A stretch of DNA of 63,846 nt, filler included, from Octopus bimaculoides (GCF_001194135.2; 8 parts of 7 records of this genome joined end to end with filler, not necessarily neighbours in it), one strand, 5' to 3'; positions 27,845 to 41,390 are shown, counted from the whole stretch's first letter. A program made the numbers and translations. Notes: generated from the sequence alone by a model not told the origin.

Positions 27845-28290
27845 ATATCATCATCATCATCTTCATCATCGTTTAACGTCCGCTTTCCATGCTGGCATGG
27901 GTTGGACGATTTGACTGAGGACTGGTGGACCATGAGGCGACACCAGGCTCCAATCTGATTTGGCAGAGTTTCTACAGCTGGATGCCCTTCCTAACACCCA
28001 ACCACTCCGAGAGTGTAGTGGGTGCTTTTACATGCCACCGGCACGAAGGCCAGTCAGGCGGTACTGGCAACGGCCACACTCAAAAAGGTGTTTTTTACGT
28101 GCCACCTGCACAGGAGCCAGTCCAGCGGCATTGGCAATGACCTCGCTCGAATGATTTTCTAACGTGCCACCAGCAAAAGTGCTAGGGGCAAAGCTGGTAA
28201 TGATTTCGCTCAAATGGTGCTATTTATGGGCCACTAGCACGGAAGCCAGACAGCTGCTCTGGCAATGAACACGCTCGACCGTGCTGTTAT
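27845..28290 (-). mobile_element. Family C copy with an internal ~65-bp tandem array
   Basis: (cat)n gtttaacgtccgctttccatgctggcatggg..., then four ttttacrtgccacc-type units. Confidence 0.85.
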
Positions 28291-28358
28291 ATATATATAT
28301 ATATCTTTACTCTTTTACTTCTTTCAGTCATTTGACTGTGGCCATGCTNNNNNNNNNN

Positions 28359-28394
<36 letters not shown>

Positions 28395-28401
<7 letters not shown>

Positions 28402-28897
28402 TTGTCATCACTTGACAACTGATGTAGGCATTTTTACGTTCCGGTAACTTAGCGGTTCGGCAAAAGATACCAATAGAATAAGTGCTAGGCTTACAAAGAA
28501 TGAGTCTTGGGGGTCGATTTGTTTGACTAAAAGCGGTGCTCCAGCATGGCCGCAGTCAAATAACTGAAACAAATGAAAGAATAAAAGAATGTGTGTGTAT
28601 GCATGTGTGTGTCACTCTCACTCTCTACATATGTATGTGTATACGGTTGTGTATGTATACACGTGTGCATGTGGTTGTCTGTATATCTCTCTTTTACTCT
28701 TTACTCTTTTACTTGTTTCAGTCATTTGACTGCAGCCATGCTGGAGCACCGCCTTTAGTCGAACAAATCGACCCCAGGACTTATTCTTTGTAAGCCTAGT
28801 ACTTATTTTATCGGTTTCTTTTGCCGAACCGCTAAGTGACGGGGGACATAAACACACCAGCATCGGTTGTCAAGCAATGCTAGGGGGACAAACGCAG

Positions 28898-28928
<31 letters not shown>

Positions 28929-30235
28929 TATATATATATATACATATATACGACAGGCTTCTTTCAGTTTCCGTCTACCAAATCCACTCACAAGGTTTTG
29001 GTCGGCCCGAGGCTATAGTANNNNNNNNNNNNNNNNNNNNNNNNNNNNNNNNNNNNNNNNNNNNNNNNNNNNNNNNNNNNNNNNNNNNNNNNNNNNNNNN
29101 NNNNNNNNNNNNNNNNNNNNNNNNNNNNNNNNNNNNNNNNNNNNNNNNNNNNNNNNNNNNNNNNNNNNNNNNNNNNNNNNNNNNNNNNNNNNNNNNNNNN
29201 NNNNNNNNNNNNNNNNNNNNNNNNNNNNNNNNNNNNNNNNNNNNNNNNNNNNNNNNNNNNNNNNNNNNNNNNNNNNNNNNNNNNNNNNNNNNNNNNNNNN
29301 NNNNNNNNNNNNNNNNNNNNNNNNNNNNNNNNNNNNNNNNNNNNNNNNNNNNNNNNNNNNNNNNNNNNNNNNNNNNNNNNNNNNNNNNNNNNNNNNNNNN
29401 NNNNNNNNNNNNNNNNNNNNNNNNNNNNNNNNNNNNNNNNNNNNNNNNNNNNNNNNNNNNNNNNNNNNNNNNNNNNNNNNNNNNNNNNNNNNNNNNNNNN
29501 NNNNNNNNNNNNNNNNNNNNNNNNNNNNNNNNNNNNNNNNNNNNNNNNNNNNNNNNNNNNNNNNNNNNNNNNNNNNNNNNNNNNNNNNNNNNNNNNNNNN
29601 NNNNNNNNNNNNNNNNNNNNNNNNNNNNNNNNNNNNNNNNNNNNNNNNNNNNNNNNNNNNNNNNNNNNNNNNNNNNNNNNNNNNNNNNNNNNNNNNNNNN
29701 NNNNNNNNNNNNNNNNNNNNNNNNNNNNNNNNNNNNNNNNNNNNNNNNNNNNNNNNNNNNNNNNNNNNNNNNNNNNNNNNNNNNNNNNNNNNNNNNNNNN
29801 NNNNNNNNNNNNNNNNNNNNNNNNNNNNNNNNNNNNNNNNNNNNNNNNNNNNNNNNNNNNNNNNNNNNNNNNNNNNNNNNNNNNNNNGGTCCCGGGTTTA
29901 GTCCCACTGCATGGCATCTTGGGCAAGTGTCTTCTACTATAGCCTCGGGCCGACCAAAGCCTTGTGAGTGGATTTGGTAGACGGAAACTGAAAGAAGCCC
30001 GTCATATATATGTATATATATGTGTATGTGTGTCTGTGTTTGTCCCCCCAACATCGCTTGACATCCGATGCTGGTGTGTTTAGGTCCCCGTAACTTAGTG
30101 GTTTGGCAAAAGAGACCGATAGAATAAGTACTAGGCTTACAAAGAATAAGTCCTGGGGTCGATTTGTTCGACTAAAGGCGGTGCTCCAGCATGGCCACAG
30201 TCAAAAGACTGAAACAAGTAAAAGAGTAAAAGAGT
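28395..30235. mobile_element. SINE family B cluster: 28395-28590 plus (3' half), 28685-29020 minus, 29888-30235 plus
   Basis: Repeated family B body with a (taaaagag)n tail. The last two copies are head-to-head across an N gap and differ in sequence. Confidence 0.88.
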
Positions 30236-31219
30236 ATACATATATATAATTTAATAATAGGATAAATTCAGTGCTGAATTTTATTAAAAAAAAACACATG
30301 TACCGAAGTGCAATAAAAAAAACCGAACCTCTTTTAGGGATAAACAATTGTCTATGTACTATGCTGGATACATGGAGTTTTCGTCTGGTATGTTGAGTTT
30401 TTGTTTTATTTTTATGTGTCTTGACCATACATGTACTGATGAGTAAAAGATCCAGATTACTGCGTTCATTACGAAATCATGATTTACCATTAAGTTAAAA
30501 GTTTTTAGGGGGTTAGCTTTTGAAAGTTGCATTCCCTTGTGTTCAGTAAAAATGTGTTTATTATGGTACTTTGACTGCTAGAGTCCCTCTTAGCGTGAGA
30601 CATTTATGTATAGTAATGCCCTTATATAAATTAATATATATATATAGAAATATCATATTTCTAAATCTCTCAGAGAGATTTAAGCAGTAGTGGTGCAATA
30701 ACGTTGTAGTATATTGTCAACTTAATGTGACAATCCCAAGAAGGGAATACACTACTGCCGTTTAGCCCTAGGAAGCTGGACCGCTTCCTGTCGGCCTTGA
30801 CACAATTACTGTGTCCTTAACAGTAANNNNNNNNNNNNNNNNNNNNNNNNNNNNNNNNNNNNNNNNNNNNNNNNNNNNNNNNNNNNNNNNNNNNNNNNNN
30901 NNNNNNNNNNNNNNNNNNNNNNNNNNNNNNNNNNNNNNNNNNNNNNNNNNNNNNNNNNNNNNNNNNNNNNNNNNNNNNNNNNNNNNNNNNNNNNNNNNNN
31001 NNNNNNNNNNNNNNNNNNNNNNNNNNNNNNNNNNNNNNNNNNNNNNNNNNNNNNNNNNNNNNNNNNNNNNNNNNNNNNNNNNNNNNNNNNNNNNNNNNNN
31101 NNNNNNNNNNNNNNNNNNNNNNNNNNNNNNNNNNNNNNNNNNNNNNNNNNNNNNNNNNNNNNNNNNNNNNNNNNNNNNNNNNNNNNNNNNNNNNNNNNNN
31201 NNNNNNNNNNNNNNNNNNN

Positions 31220-31345
31220 AACTCTGCAAGATCAGATTGGAGCCTGGTGTAGCCTTCGGGCTCCACCAGTCCTGTCAAATCGTCCAACCCATGCCAGCAT
31301 GGAAAGCGGACGTTAAACGATGATGATGATGATGATGATGATGAT
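31220..31345 (+). mobile_element. Family C 3' end
   Basis: aaatcgtccaacccatgccagcatggaaagcggacgttaaac(gat)n. Confidence 0.85.
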
Positions 31346-31680
31346 TATATATATGCTGAGACCCCCTTCGGTCATGACTGACCATGGGATTGCACCCAGT
31401 AAGTTACCCTCCGAGGCACAAGTCCGGGCAAGGTTGTTTGTGGAAGACCAGCACTCGCCCATGCATACCGGCCTTCCCTCTCCAAGCCACCAGTGTTATC
31501 CAAGGGAAAGGTAAAGGCGCCGATACAGCTTGGCACTTGTGACGTTGCAACTCATTTCTACAGCTGAGTGAACTGGAGCAACGTGAAATAAAGTGTCTTG
31601 CTCAAGAACACAACACGCAGCCTGTTCCGGGATAGGAACTCACAACCTCACGATCTTAAGTTTGATGCTGTACCTCAGTA
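31345..31680 (-). mobile_element. tRNA-derived SINE family D (V/CORE-like body)
   Basis: Minus strand gatcgtgaggttgtgagttcctatcccgg (B-box) followed by gtgttcttgagcaagacactttatttcacgttgctccagttcactcagctg. Confidence 0.7.
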
Positions 31681-31879
31681 GTTTACATGTCTCCAGAATC
31701 TTCCATATTATATCCTACTCAGTGGCACTTTCTTTCAAAGATCAAACGTATTTGGCCAGGGTAGTGGTGTTGCATATCTCCAGGATGTTAAAGGAGGACT
31801 TGTGGTTGTTAAAGCAGGTTCTGAAGTGGCCTTCAGTTGCTCCCACATACTTTCTCACAATGGTCTCTTGTGCTACAGT

Positions 31880-33101
31880 GACCATTCAGTGGACATGTCA
31901 TGCTACCCCTACACAAACATCCTGCCTGTCTTCTATACTTCAATAGTAGCAGGAAGTGCAAGCTGTGCCTGGCTGAGAAAAGAACGATTTTAAAGTGCAG
32001 CTAGCATCAAGACATTTACCTGAAAAGCAGAACTGAGATGTTTAGTCCTTGCCCACATGAAAGGAAATACATCCTATCATACCTGTGTGCCCCATCATGA
32101 CTGCAATCACCAGTCACCCAGCCTCGGTTCTTCACCAATACTCAGGAGTTTGGCAAAGGGTTTGACCAGAGTATTCACCAATGCATCCACATACAAACAC
32201 TTCCCACCACCTCCAATATAAACTCCCTCACACACATTGTCCCCCCCCCTACACACACTGCATGCACACATAAAGACCCCACAACCTTAACCAATACAGA
32301 AAGAAAACACACTAGCAAACACAGTAAAGGATGCCTACACGCCCCGATAAAAGTACAAATACAGTACCACAACACACATCCCATTTCCACAAGAACACCA
32401 ACCTGAAAGACACACATGATTCTCTCAAGCACTTCATGATAGCTCTTACCGACTGACATCATAGCCAACCCAGTGGCGATGTCTCAGTACCAAGGGACAT
32501 AACTAAACTAAATTCCTTATCCAGTCCGTTTCATCATCTCTTCACAGCAACCGCAAACCAGGTGTGCCCTTTCACGTCCAACACTAGAGAACAGTCACCC
32601 TATTTCATTCCATATCAGCTATCTCTGATGAGCATAGGGTTACATAATCGGATTGTTACCTAACACTCCGTCGTACCCCTAGCATGAAACCGATTGGTAA
32701 GACCATCTATGATGGATATATAATATTGTACAATTCAGATAATATATATATATATATATATAGTTTTAGGGAAAATAACCAAGTTTCAAGAACTCATCGA
32801 TGAAAATCCACTATCACATATAGAAAAATTAACAATTAAAAGCACAATAAATGAGTATAATATAAAGTAAAGTAAATATCATAAGATAAATATAATAAAA
32901 AGATTACACGTGTTTCATAACTAATTTTCAAATAGAAAAGAAATTTAAATCGATTAAAATCAATTGAAATTATCGCAAATAAATTCTATTCAAAAATATA
33001 GCTACTCGTCAGATTGTATAAAGCTCAATTTAATTTTAATTTTTTATAAATTGATTTTAATTGAGTTTTTACCTGTAATTTTGGATTTTGTCCCTAATAT
33101 T
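31880..33101 (+). mobile_element. Penelope-like element 3' remnant (GIY-YIG C-terminus plus pLTR-like tail)
   Basis: IQW..PY and FNSSRKCKLCLAEKRTILKCS*HQDIYLKSRTEMFSPCPHERKYIL match the Penelope CxLCLxEK...LNxRxExxSxCxH motif. A hammerhead-like motif follows downstream. Confidence 0.75.
32622..32702 (+). ncRNA. Type I hammerhead-ribozyme-like motif (Penelope-associated)
   Basis: TCT-CUGAUGA-[long stem II]-GAAAC-C-GATT-G-GU-A-AGA. The core, stem III and a 3-bp stem I are intact; the base of stem II is imperfect. Confidence 0.6.
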
Positions 33102-33201
33102 NNNNNNNNNNNNNNNNNNNNNNNNNNNNNNNNNNNNNNNNNNNNTTAATTAATTAANNNNNNNNNNNNNNNNNNNNNNNNNNNNNNNNNNNNNNNNNNN
33201 N
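33102..33201. other. Artificial 100-bp scaffold spacer
   Basis: 44 N + TTAATTAATTAA + 44 N. Confidence 0.97.
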
Positions 33202-33286
<85 letters not shown>

Positions 33287-34218
33287 CAAACTGATATGCC
33301 AGGTCAATCTTAGTGCTTCTGCTAACATGTAATTCAGTACAACTTATCATATGGTCAAGCAATCAGCGACTGAACTGGTAATAATCTAGAGTTGCTTGAT
33401 AAGGAGATAGATTTTCGTTGGAAACCCTGCAGGAGTAAAACAAAACTGTCAAACGGTGGATGAACTTAATAGAGTCTACAGCCAGGTGTTGAAAGTGAGA
33501 AAAAACTTTAGTCTATTTTTGACATTCCTCGTCAGGAAAGAAAACTACGAAGTATCACCTGGGGTTTAGTTTGATGTTAATTAGGTTTTCTTTTGGAGAA
33601 AATGCATACGTTGTTTAGAGAATGGAATTGAGAATGTTGAAAGCTTTGAGAGATGTTTATTTATTTATTCATGTGTTTCAGCCAAGTGGCTGCGGTCATG
33701 CTGGTGCACCAATCGTTGTTTTAATCCCCAGCATACCAGCAACTTATCAGACTTTAATAAACTGCTTGGAACCGTGACCATTTGCCATTTTGTATATTTA
33801 GAGCCTCATTTTTGCTGTTATAATTAAATGTCTTCCTCTGAAATCTCCATTCATCATATTTTACAACATCAATTTATGTTCTATTTAAGTGCATCTTAGA
33901 ACATTTTTAATTTTCAAAATGTGAGGATTTGTTTTATTTGTATGTATGTATGTATGCATGTATACATGTATGCATGTATGTGTAGGTAGTATGTACATAT
34001 GTGTATAAATCTTCTCACTCACTTTTGCTCTCAGTTCTCTATATGCATAATATACATACGCACAAATATACACACACTCATATATATACATACGTATACG
34101 TGCATACACACATACATATACAAATGTTAATGTTATATACTTTCATATATATATGAGTGTATGTGTCTATACATGACACGCACACATACACAAATTTTTA
34201 TATAAATATATATGTACG

Positions 34219-34254
<36 letters not shown>

Positions 34255-34669
34255 AATCTATATACACATACACACATACATACGTATATATGTATACATA
34301 CATATATATGTGTGTGTGTATGCGTCTGTGTGCGTATAATTAGAATTTGATTTGCTTTGTTTTTAGACTTGTCATTTCAAGTGCTTGAACATTTTCTCAA
34401 ACAATTCCAGCCGTTATGTCTGTTGCTGTATATTTTAAGTAAACTTTTGTTTGATTACAAATTTCTCTTTGTTAGAATCAAGAGGAATAATTATGAGTGT
34501 TATTATTAATATTGTAACAGCAAGAATTAAACTAATTTGAGGTGAAATAAGTACTTCTCTCTTCAATATTTATTGTTGAATAGTGAATCTATTTTTGATA
34601 AATTCATGGCGAGTTGTCTCAGTGGTTAAACTCTGAGGTCGCTTTTATATTTCGCAGATACTAGTTTCA

Positions 34670-34873
34670 AATTCTGGCACAAGCCAGCAGGTTTGGAAGC
34701 GGGAGTAAGTTGATTCCATTGACCCTAGTGCTCAACTGGTACTTATTTTGTCGAGCCTGACAGGATGAAAAGCAGAGTCGACCACGGTGGCATTTGAACT
34801 CAGAACGTAAGAACAGACGAAATACTGCTAAGCATTTTGTCGAGCGTGCTAACGTTTCTGCCAGCTCGCTACC
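34670..34873 (-). mobile_element. SINE family A copy
   Basis: Same head, B-box and body as the copies at 1335-1762. Confidence 0.85.
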
Positions 34874-37439
34874 TTCTTTCTCGTAGATATCACAATTTGT
34901 TTCTTAACTCTTTCGCCATAGAAGGTGAATTGGAAAGCTGTTCTCTTCACATTTGTCCTATTTGGTTAAGCTCTGTAAGTAATACGAGCATTTCCTTTTG
35001 TTCATTTCTTTCTATGCAAAGGAAATATCTATGAATGATAGAAGCCTGAGAGACACGGCTCTCTTAAAACGTGTGAGGAATTTTTATTAGTCAAGCGTTC
35101 GAGAACCTCATGCGCGTTTCATACTTTAAATCTATATATTTCAACATAATCAATAGATATTATCAATTTGCATCAAATTACTTGACCGTTAAATGCATCA
35201 AATTGCTTTGACATATTTTATTTCCGCATTTTCAGTATTTATATACTTTATAGAGTTTTCATGTTTATTTATTAACTTCCATGTTCATTTGCTAATGGAT
35301 AATAGTTTCCGTTGCAAATATATATTTTCACTTTTAGTCAGCATTATACAAATGATTATTCCTGCCACAACTTTATTGACTTCTCCACGTTTTGAGGCTC
35401 TCGCTTTGAAACATGTCTTACATGAAACCTCTCTTATTTCATACATGAAACCTGCCGTATTTCAAATACGAATCACATCATATTTCATACTTTTAATAAT
35501 CACAGCAGATTATGAACAATTCGTTCACCAGCGTTAGATCCCTTTATGTGAACGATGATGTGAGAACCTCATATGGCTCTAAAACATATCAAAAGAAACG
35601 TCTGAGAGCCATATCCGGATCCCAGATCAGTGAAAGTGTTAATATATGGAAAACTGGAGGGTCTATACAATAGAGGGATTTAATGATTATAAAGAAATTT
35701 ATCCTTTCCCCTCCTCCGTAGCCAGCTCTGGTTCATTGTAGTTGGTTTGGGAGACAAAAATCTGTGATCCTTCATCAAGGTTACACTGATCTTGTACGAG
35801 GATTTTAGTTCAACCCTGCGAGGTTAGTAAAACCATTTTCATTATTTCCTTTGATATTATGCTCAAGGGGAGATCGTTGATATATTTTTTAGTATATGCT
35901 CTCTTGTATGACCTAAGCTCAAGGTGGTTATTATGGTATAGTACTGCTAGCCGTTACTCACTAGCGAATATAGTTTGGTAACATGTACAGCGCTTTCCTC
36001 AGTTGTTTTAGGTGTCTATGGATTTGAGAGCAGACACCAAAACACTCTAGGTCACCCGAACTTGACCTTTTTGACCCAACAGAACATACAGGATATGACA
36101 GCTGATGGCAATAAGATAGACCTACAATAGCATCTGCTTGTTAGTCAATTATCTAAGTAGATCGGAAGAAAAAGAAATGAAATGCCTTGCTCACAGACAC
36201 ATCGTACAACTCGATCCAGTATTTGAACAATTGTATAATGATGAGAACACCCTAAAAATTAGGCTACTTGATTTTACAGGGAATTAGAATGTTATGCAGT
36301 ATGGTTGCTACATTAACGAGTTCACAGGAGCTACTATGTAGTCAGATAATCAGCTAAACATAGCAGCCAAGTCTTTGCTCTTGACGATGACTATTTACAT
36401 TAAAGGTGAGATATCTCGCAGACAGAAAAAAACCTGAAAGATTTCATTTGTTAAATCACTTACTTCTGAATCATATATCTACTTCAGGTTAAACCTACAC
36501 CACAACTAAGCACCACCACAACTAAGCACCACCACCACAAGAATCTCCACTGTTGCAACAACCACGGCCAGAACAACCTCACAGCCACCACCACCACTAC
36601 TACTACTACAACAACGACGACGACAACATCAACAAATCAACAACGATGCTCCTAACATCGATGACGTACCACTATCACTACCAACAGCAAGAACTACAAT
36701 GCTAGCAAGTTTTATCAAGCTGCAGTTATATTTCGTCAGATACTAAGATACCAGCGTCTGACTAGTTACTCCCATTTTTGTCCCTATCCCACTATTTGGT
36801 TGGCTTTGTCCATGTCACTCTTTGTTTAATCATGATTATTTGGAAATATTTGACCAAACGTTTACGATACGGACGCCAGGACTGATCGAAAGAGACAATA
36901 AATTAATGAAGACTGCATCTACCCACATTTACGAAAAATCTCCGTTTCTTAAGGACAAAACTGTGACAGAATAAAATAACAAATAGAGATAAACTATATA
37001 AATTTCATTTCATTAATATAACAATGTTTTATCAATCTGAATGCTTCATAAACCTTTGAGAATATGTTGCAAATTTAAAGAATGAAATTAGGAAAATTTG
37101 AATTCTACTAAATTTATCGGTAATTACATCAAAATTGTAATTGGATACAGGCATTTTGACATTTGGCTTGATATATGATTTTGTGTTTGCAATTAAAACT
37201 AAATGTCGTGCCAAAATGAGAAACTTACTCCAATTACGAAATAGTGATTTTGAACAGATGTAAAAGAGAAATATTTCATCCTATTAAACTGGTGAACTTC
37301 ACTTTGACAATCACAATCTTCATCATGTGAAAAAGAACATTTCTTTGGTTGTGAATAACTCTTTCACAACGTTGTGCTATTATATAACAGACGAGACACT
37401 CTTGAGTGAGGCTTATGTGTTGTGGTACTTTGATCACGT

Positions 37440-37900
37440 AATTTCATTGCATTATCAAGTGAAATTTTGTGTGCCGTCTTATGATCAACCTTAAAGTTGT
37501 ATTTACTATGTTCTCTGTGTTGAAAGTATTCTATATTAACTTACTGATACTATTTTTTGTAATTTGTAGTATATAAGTGTAATTCCCGGTTTTTATGGTT
37601 ATGAATTTTTACTTACCTCTTTTACTTATTCCCACGACTAGTATTATAGGGTTTTTTTCTCTTTACTCAGCTCCACTTTCTAGTTATCTCTATTTTTAGA
37701 TCTTCATATTGCTATAAAGCCTCCATTTTATTCAAAAATACATTATCATATTCTGGGGCTGATTCTTTGATTAAGCCTCCTACGATTTCCCTGCTATCCT
37801 TGGTGAAAATATCTGCCTGTTTATTCTCAATTTCGACAACTCATCTTTGTCATTCTGCTATATCTTTTTGGATGTGTTTCCCATTAAATCAATGTAAGAT
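37440..37900 (-). mobile_element. Old RLE-domain LINE fragment (R4-like)
   Basis: Minus strand has YEDLKIEITRKW, followed by a remnant resembling the PIIxxxG motif. Confidence 0.65.
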
Positions 37901-38561
37901 ATATCTATATTAATCACCAACTAACAAGCCATTACTTTAGAGAACAACATTCAAAAAATAGCGAGGAAATCTCCCTTAAATCGCTTAAGGACTTAAAATA
38001 GCTCCTGGATAGTTTTTGTGGTGCAGATTTATGGTCAAACGCGCTCCAGCTATGTCTATCCAATTTTCTTGAAGCTGATCAGAAACACAATTTTCATTAT
38101 GTACCTTACATTTTAAAAACGAGAATAAGTTCAGGGAGAGATTCTGTTATTTTTAACTGGTCAACAAACTACACAGAAGCTTCTGCACCGGAAAATAAAT
38201 CCTTTGATATGCTATTTTTTAAAATGAAATGCTGGATAGACAAGGGATGGAAAAATCCAGAGGTTATATCTACTCTACTAAGCTATGCGTTCTAGCCACG
38301 GCAGAACGGAGAACTACGCATAAGCTAGCAACATGCGTGTTATTACGAAAGAAATCTATTATCTCAAGACAATTATTCTTCTTTTTTAAACTCACTGCCC
38401 AGTTTACAATTAAGGAATAAATTTAATATACAAACTTAGACATACACTCTCACACACACATACACAGATATACAAGTATACACACCCATACATGCATACA
38501 AACATACCCACCCATACACACATATATATTCACACACGCAAACACACAGACAGATACGCAT

Positions 38562-38594
<33 letters not shown>

Positions 38595-38694
38595 NNNNNN
38601 NNNNNNNNNNNNNNNNNNNNNNNNNNNNNNNNNNNNNNTTAATTAATTAANNNNNNNNNNNNNNNNNNNNNNNNNNNNNNNNNNNNNNNNNNNN
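38595..38694. other. Artificial 100-bp scaffold spacer
   Basis: 44 N + TTAATTAATTAA + 44 N. Confidence 0.97.
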
Positions 38695-38922
38695 AAATAC
38701 TGTCTATGTGATCTCAAATGTTAAAGCAAACACATATTTTCCTTATGGTTTCTTAAACATTCACTTGAACAAAACTGTACAAATCCAAATATATGGTACC
38801 CTAGGCATAACACCTACATGAACTTCTAACTTGTTGTCTCTTGAGTTCTCTGGGTGAGACTTGGATCCAACTTGTACAAATGCAAAACAAAAGTCAAACA
38901 TAAAATAATAATAATAATAATA
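38695..38922 (+). mobile_element. 3' UTR and (TAA)n tail of the same R4/Dong-like LINE family
   Basis: Close reverse-complement match to 57361-57570 (ctgtctatgtgatctcaaat...gtcaaacataaaataataat). Confidence 0.85.
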
Positions 38923-38929
38923 ATCCTTT

Positions 38930-39465
38930 CTACGGAAGCACAAGGCCTCAAATTTGAGGAAGGGATTAAGTCGATTACATCAACCTCAGTGTGTAAATGA
39001 TACTTATTTAATTGACCCCGAAAGGATGAAAAGCAAAGTCGACTCCCGTGGAATTCGATCTCAGAACCTAGCGGCGAACGAAACACCGTCAAGCATTTCG
39101 TGATGACGATGATGATGATGATGATGATGATAAAAATAATAACAATAATAATAATAGCAACGACATTGTAAAACAGTTCTTGTAGAAAATATACTCATTA
39201 ACACTGATAAATCCTAAAAATTTAGTATTCTATCATGCAATATTTTGCAAGTTAAAGGCGGTGAGCTGGCAGAATAGTTAACACGACGGACACAACGCTC
39301 AGCGGCATTTCGTTTGTCCTTACGTTCTCAGTTCAATTTCCAGCAAGGTCGACTTTGTCTTTCATCCTTTCGGAGTCGATAACATAATTACCAGTTAAAC
39401 ACAGAGTGCGATGTAATCGATTCAACCCCTCTCCTGAACTTGGTCTTTTGCTAAAATTTGAAATC
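38930..39465. mobile_element. Two head-to-head SINE family A copies (38930-39100 minus, 39257-39465 plus)
   Basis: ttgaccccgaaaggatgaaaagcaaagtcgac on the first copy; ggcggtgagctggcagaatagttaac...gtcgactttgtctttcatcctttcgg on the second. Confidence 0.8.
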
Positions 39466-41256
39466 AATACTTTTTGAGTCTGATTTACCTTTTCAAATTA
39501 TNNNNNNNNNNNNNNNNNNNNNNNNNNNNNNNNNNNNNNNNNNNNNNNNNNNNNNNNNNNNNNNNNNNNNNNNNNNNNNNNNNNNNNNNNNNNNNNNNNN
39601 NNNNNNNNNNNNNNNNNNNNNNNNNNNNNNNNNNNNNNNNNNNNNNNNNNNNNNNNNNNNNNNNNNNNNNNNNNNNNNNNNNNNNNNNNNNNNNNNNNNN
39701 NNNNNNNNNNNNNNNNNNNNNNNNNNNNNNNNNNNNNNNNNNNNNNNNNNNNNNNNNNNNNNNNNNNNNNNNNNNNNNNNNNNNNNNNNNNNNNNNNNNN
39801 NNNNNNNNNNNNNNNNNNNNNNNNNNNNNNNNNNNNNNNNNNNNNNNNNNNNNNNNNNNNNNNNNNNNNNNNNNNNNNNNNNNNNNNNNNNNNNNNNNNN
39901 NNNNNNNNNNNNNNNNNNNNNNNNNNNNNNNNNNNNNNNNNNNNNNNNNNNNNNNNNNNNNNNNNNNNNNNNNNNNNNNNNNNNNNNNNNNNNNNNNNNN
40001 NNNNNNNNNNNNNNNNNNNNNNNNNNNNNNNNNNNNNNNNNNNNNNNNNNNNNNNNNNNNNNNNNNNNNNNNNNNNNNNNNNNNNNNNNNNNNNNNNNNN
40101 NNNNNNNNNNNNNNNNNNNNNNNNNNNNNNNNNNNNNNNNNNNNNNNNNNNNNNNNNNNNNNNNNNNNNNNNNNNNNNNNNNNNNNNNNNNNNNNNNNNN
40201 NNNNNNNNNNNNNNNNNNNNNNNNNNNNNNNNNNNNNNNNNNNNNNNNNNNNNNNNNNNNNNNNNNNNNNNNNNNNNNNNNNNNNNNNNNNNNNNNNNNN
40301 NNNNNNNNNNNNNNNNNNNNNNNNNNNNNNNNNNNNNNNNNNNNNNNNNNNNNNNNNNNNNNNNNNNNNNNNNNNNNNNNNNNNNNNNNNNNNNNNNNNN
40401 NNNNNNNNNNNNNNNNNNNNNNNATTGATATTAGAGTATTTTATCATTTCCTTATATATATATATATATATATATTAAGAATATATTGTGTTAATGCTAA
40501 GAAGACGTCTTGTAACGTCTTTAAAGTTGAATTATTCTAGTTAGTATTTTCCTCTCCTCCAATACTGAAAAACATGAAAGCACAGCGCAAGCAAAAGATA
40601 TATAAAAAAAATATACAAAATATGTCTTCGTTTCTTTATTTAGTGTAATTGACTATAATTTTGCATATTTCAAAATATGTTGAGACATTTTTTACATCAT
40701 ATGTATAGTGCAGAGTAATCACTAATGTATTTTTTTCCTTTACAACATCGGGTATAATGTTTCACAATGTTCATGTTTAAATGCTATTTTCTAGTTTGGG
40801 ATGCAACGCAGAAACTGTTTCTTATGAAGACGCTTTTAATACTCTTAAGGCGGTTTGGCGTGTTTATTCACCTGACGAATATATGTTAAAGTCCCACTTT
40901 CATAATCATCTAGTTTTCCCTATGTACAGAACCTAGAGAACCTATACGCATAATATGCCCATATTTCTTACATCTTAATGATGTAAGGCTATTCTCCAAA
41001 TCCATAGGCAAGCATTCATTTTCTTTTATCTTAAGACTAAGAAACTTCAGTCACTGTATGTCTCGGTTAGGCCTTGACCTACAATGATATCTCTGTTGTT
41101 TTATTGTCTTATACTTGAGAATAATTTACTCCTCGTTATTCTGTTACATGGAAGTGACGTGTGAAATGTGTCAGTTATGGTCTCCCGCTTCTGACTATTT
41201 CGACAAACTCATTTTATTGCGCTAAACATCATAAATCATTCAATGCTGTATGTCAG

Positions 41257-41390
<134 letters not shown>

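Noticed and set aside
28025-28290. CRISPR-like regularly spaced repeats
   Set aside because: These are contiguous diverged minisatellite units within a eukaryotic retroposon, with no unique spacers and no cas genes.
36480-36900. Thr-rich stretch followed by a TM-like peptide (YLVGFVHVTLCLIMIIWKYL)
   Set aside because: The pieces are in different frames with stops, and the Thr run is an (ACN)n microsatellite.
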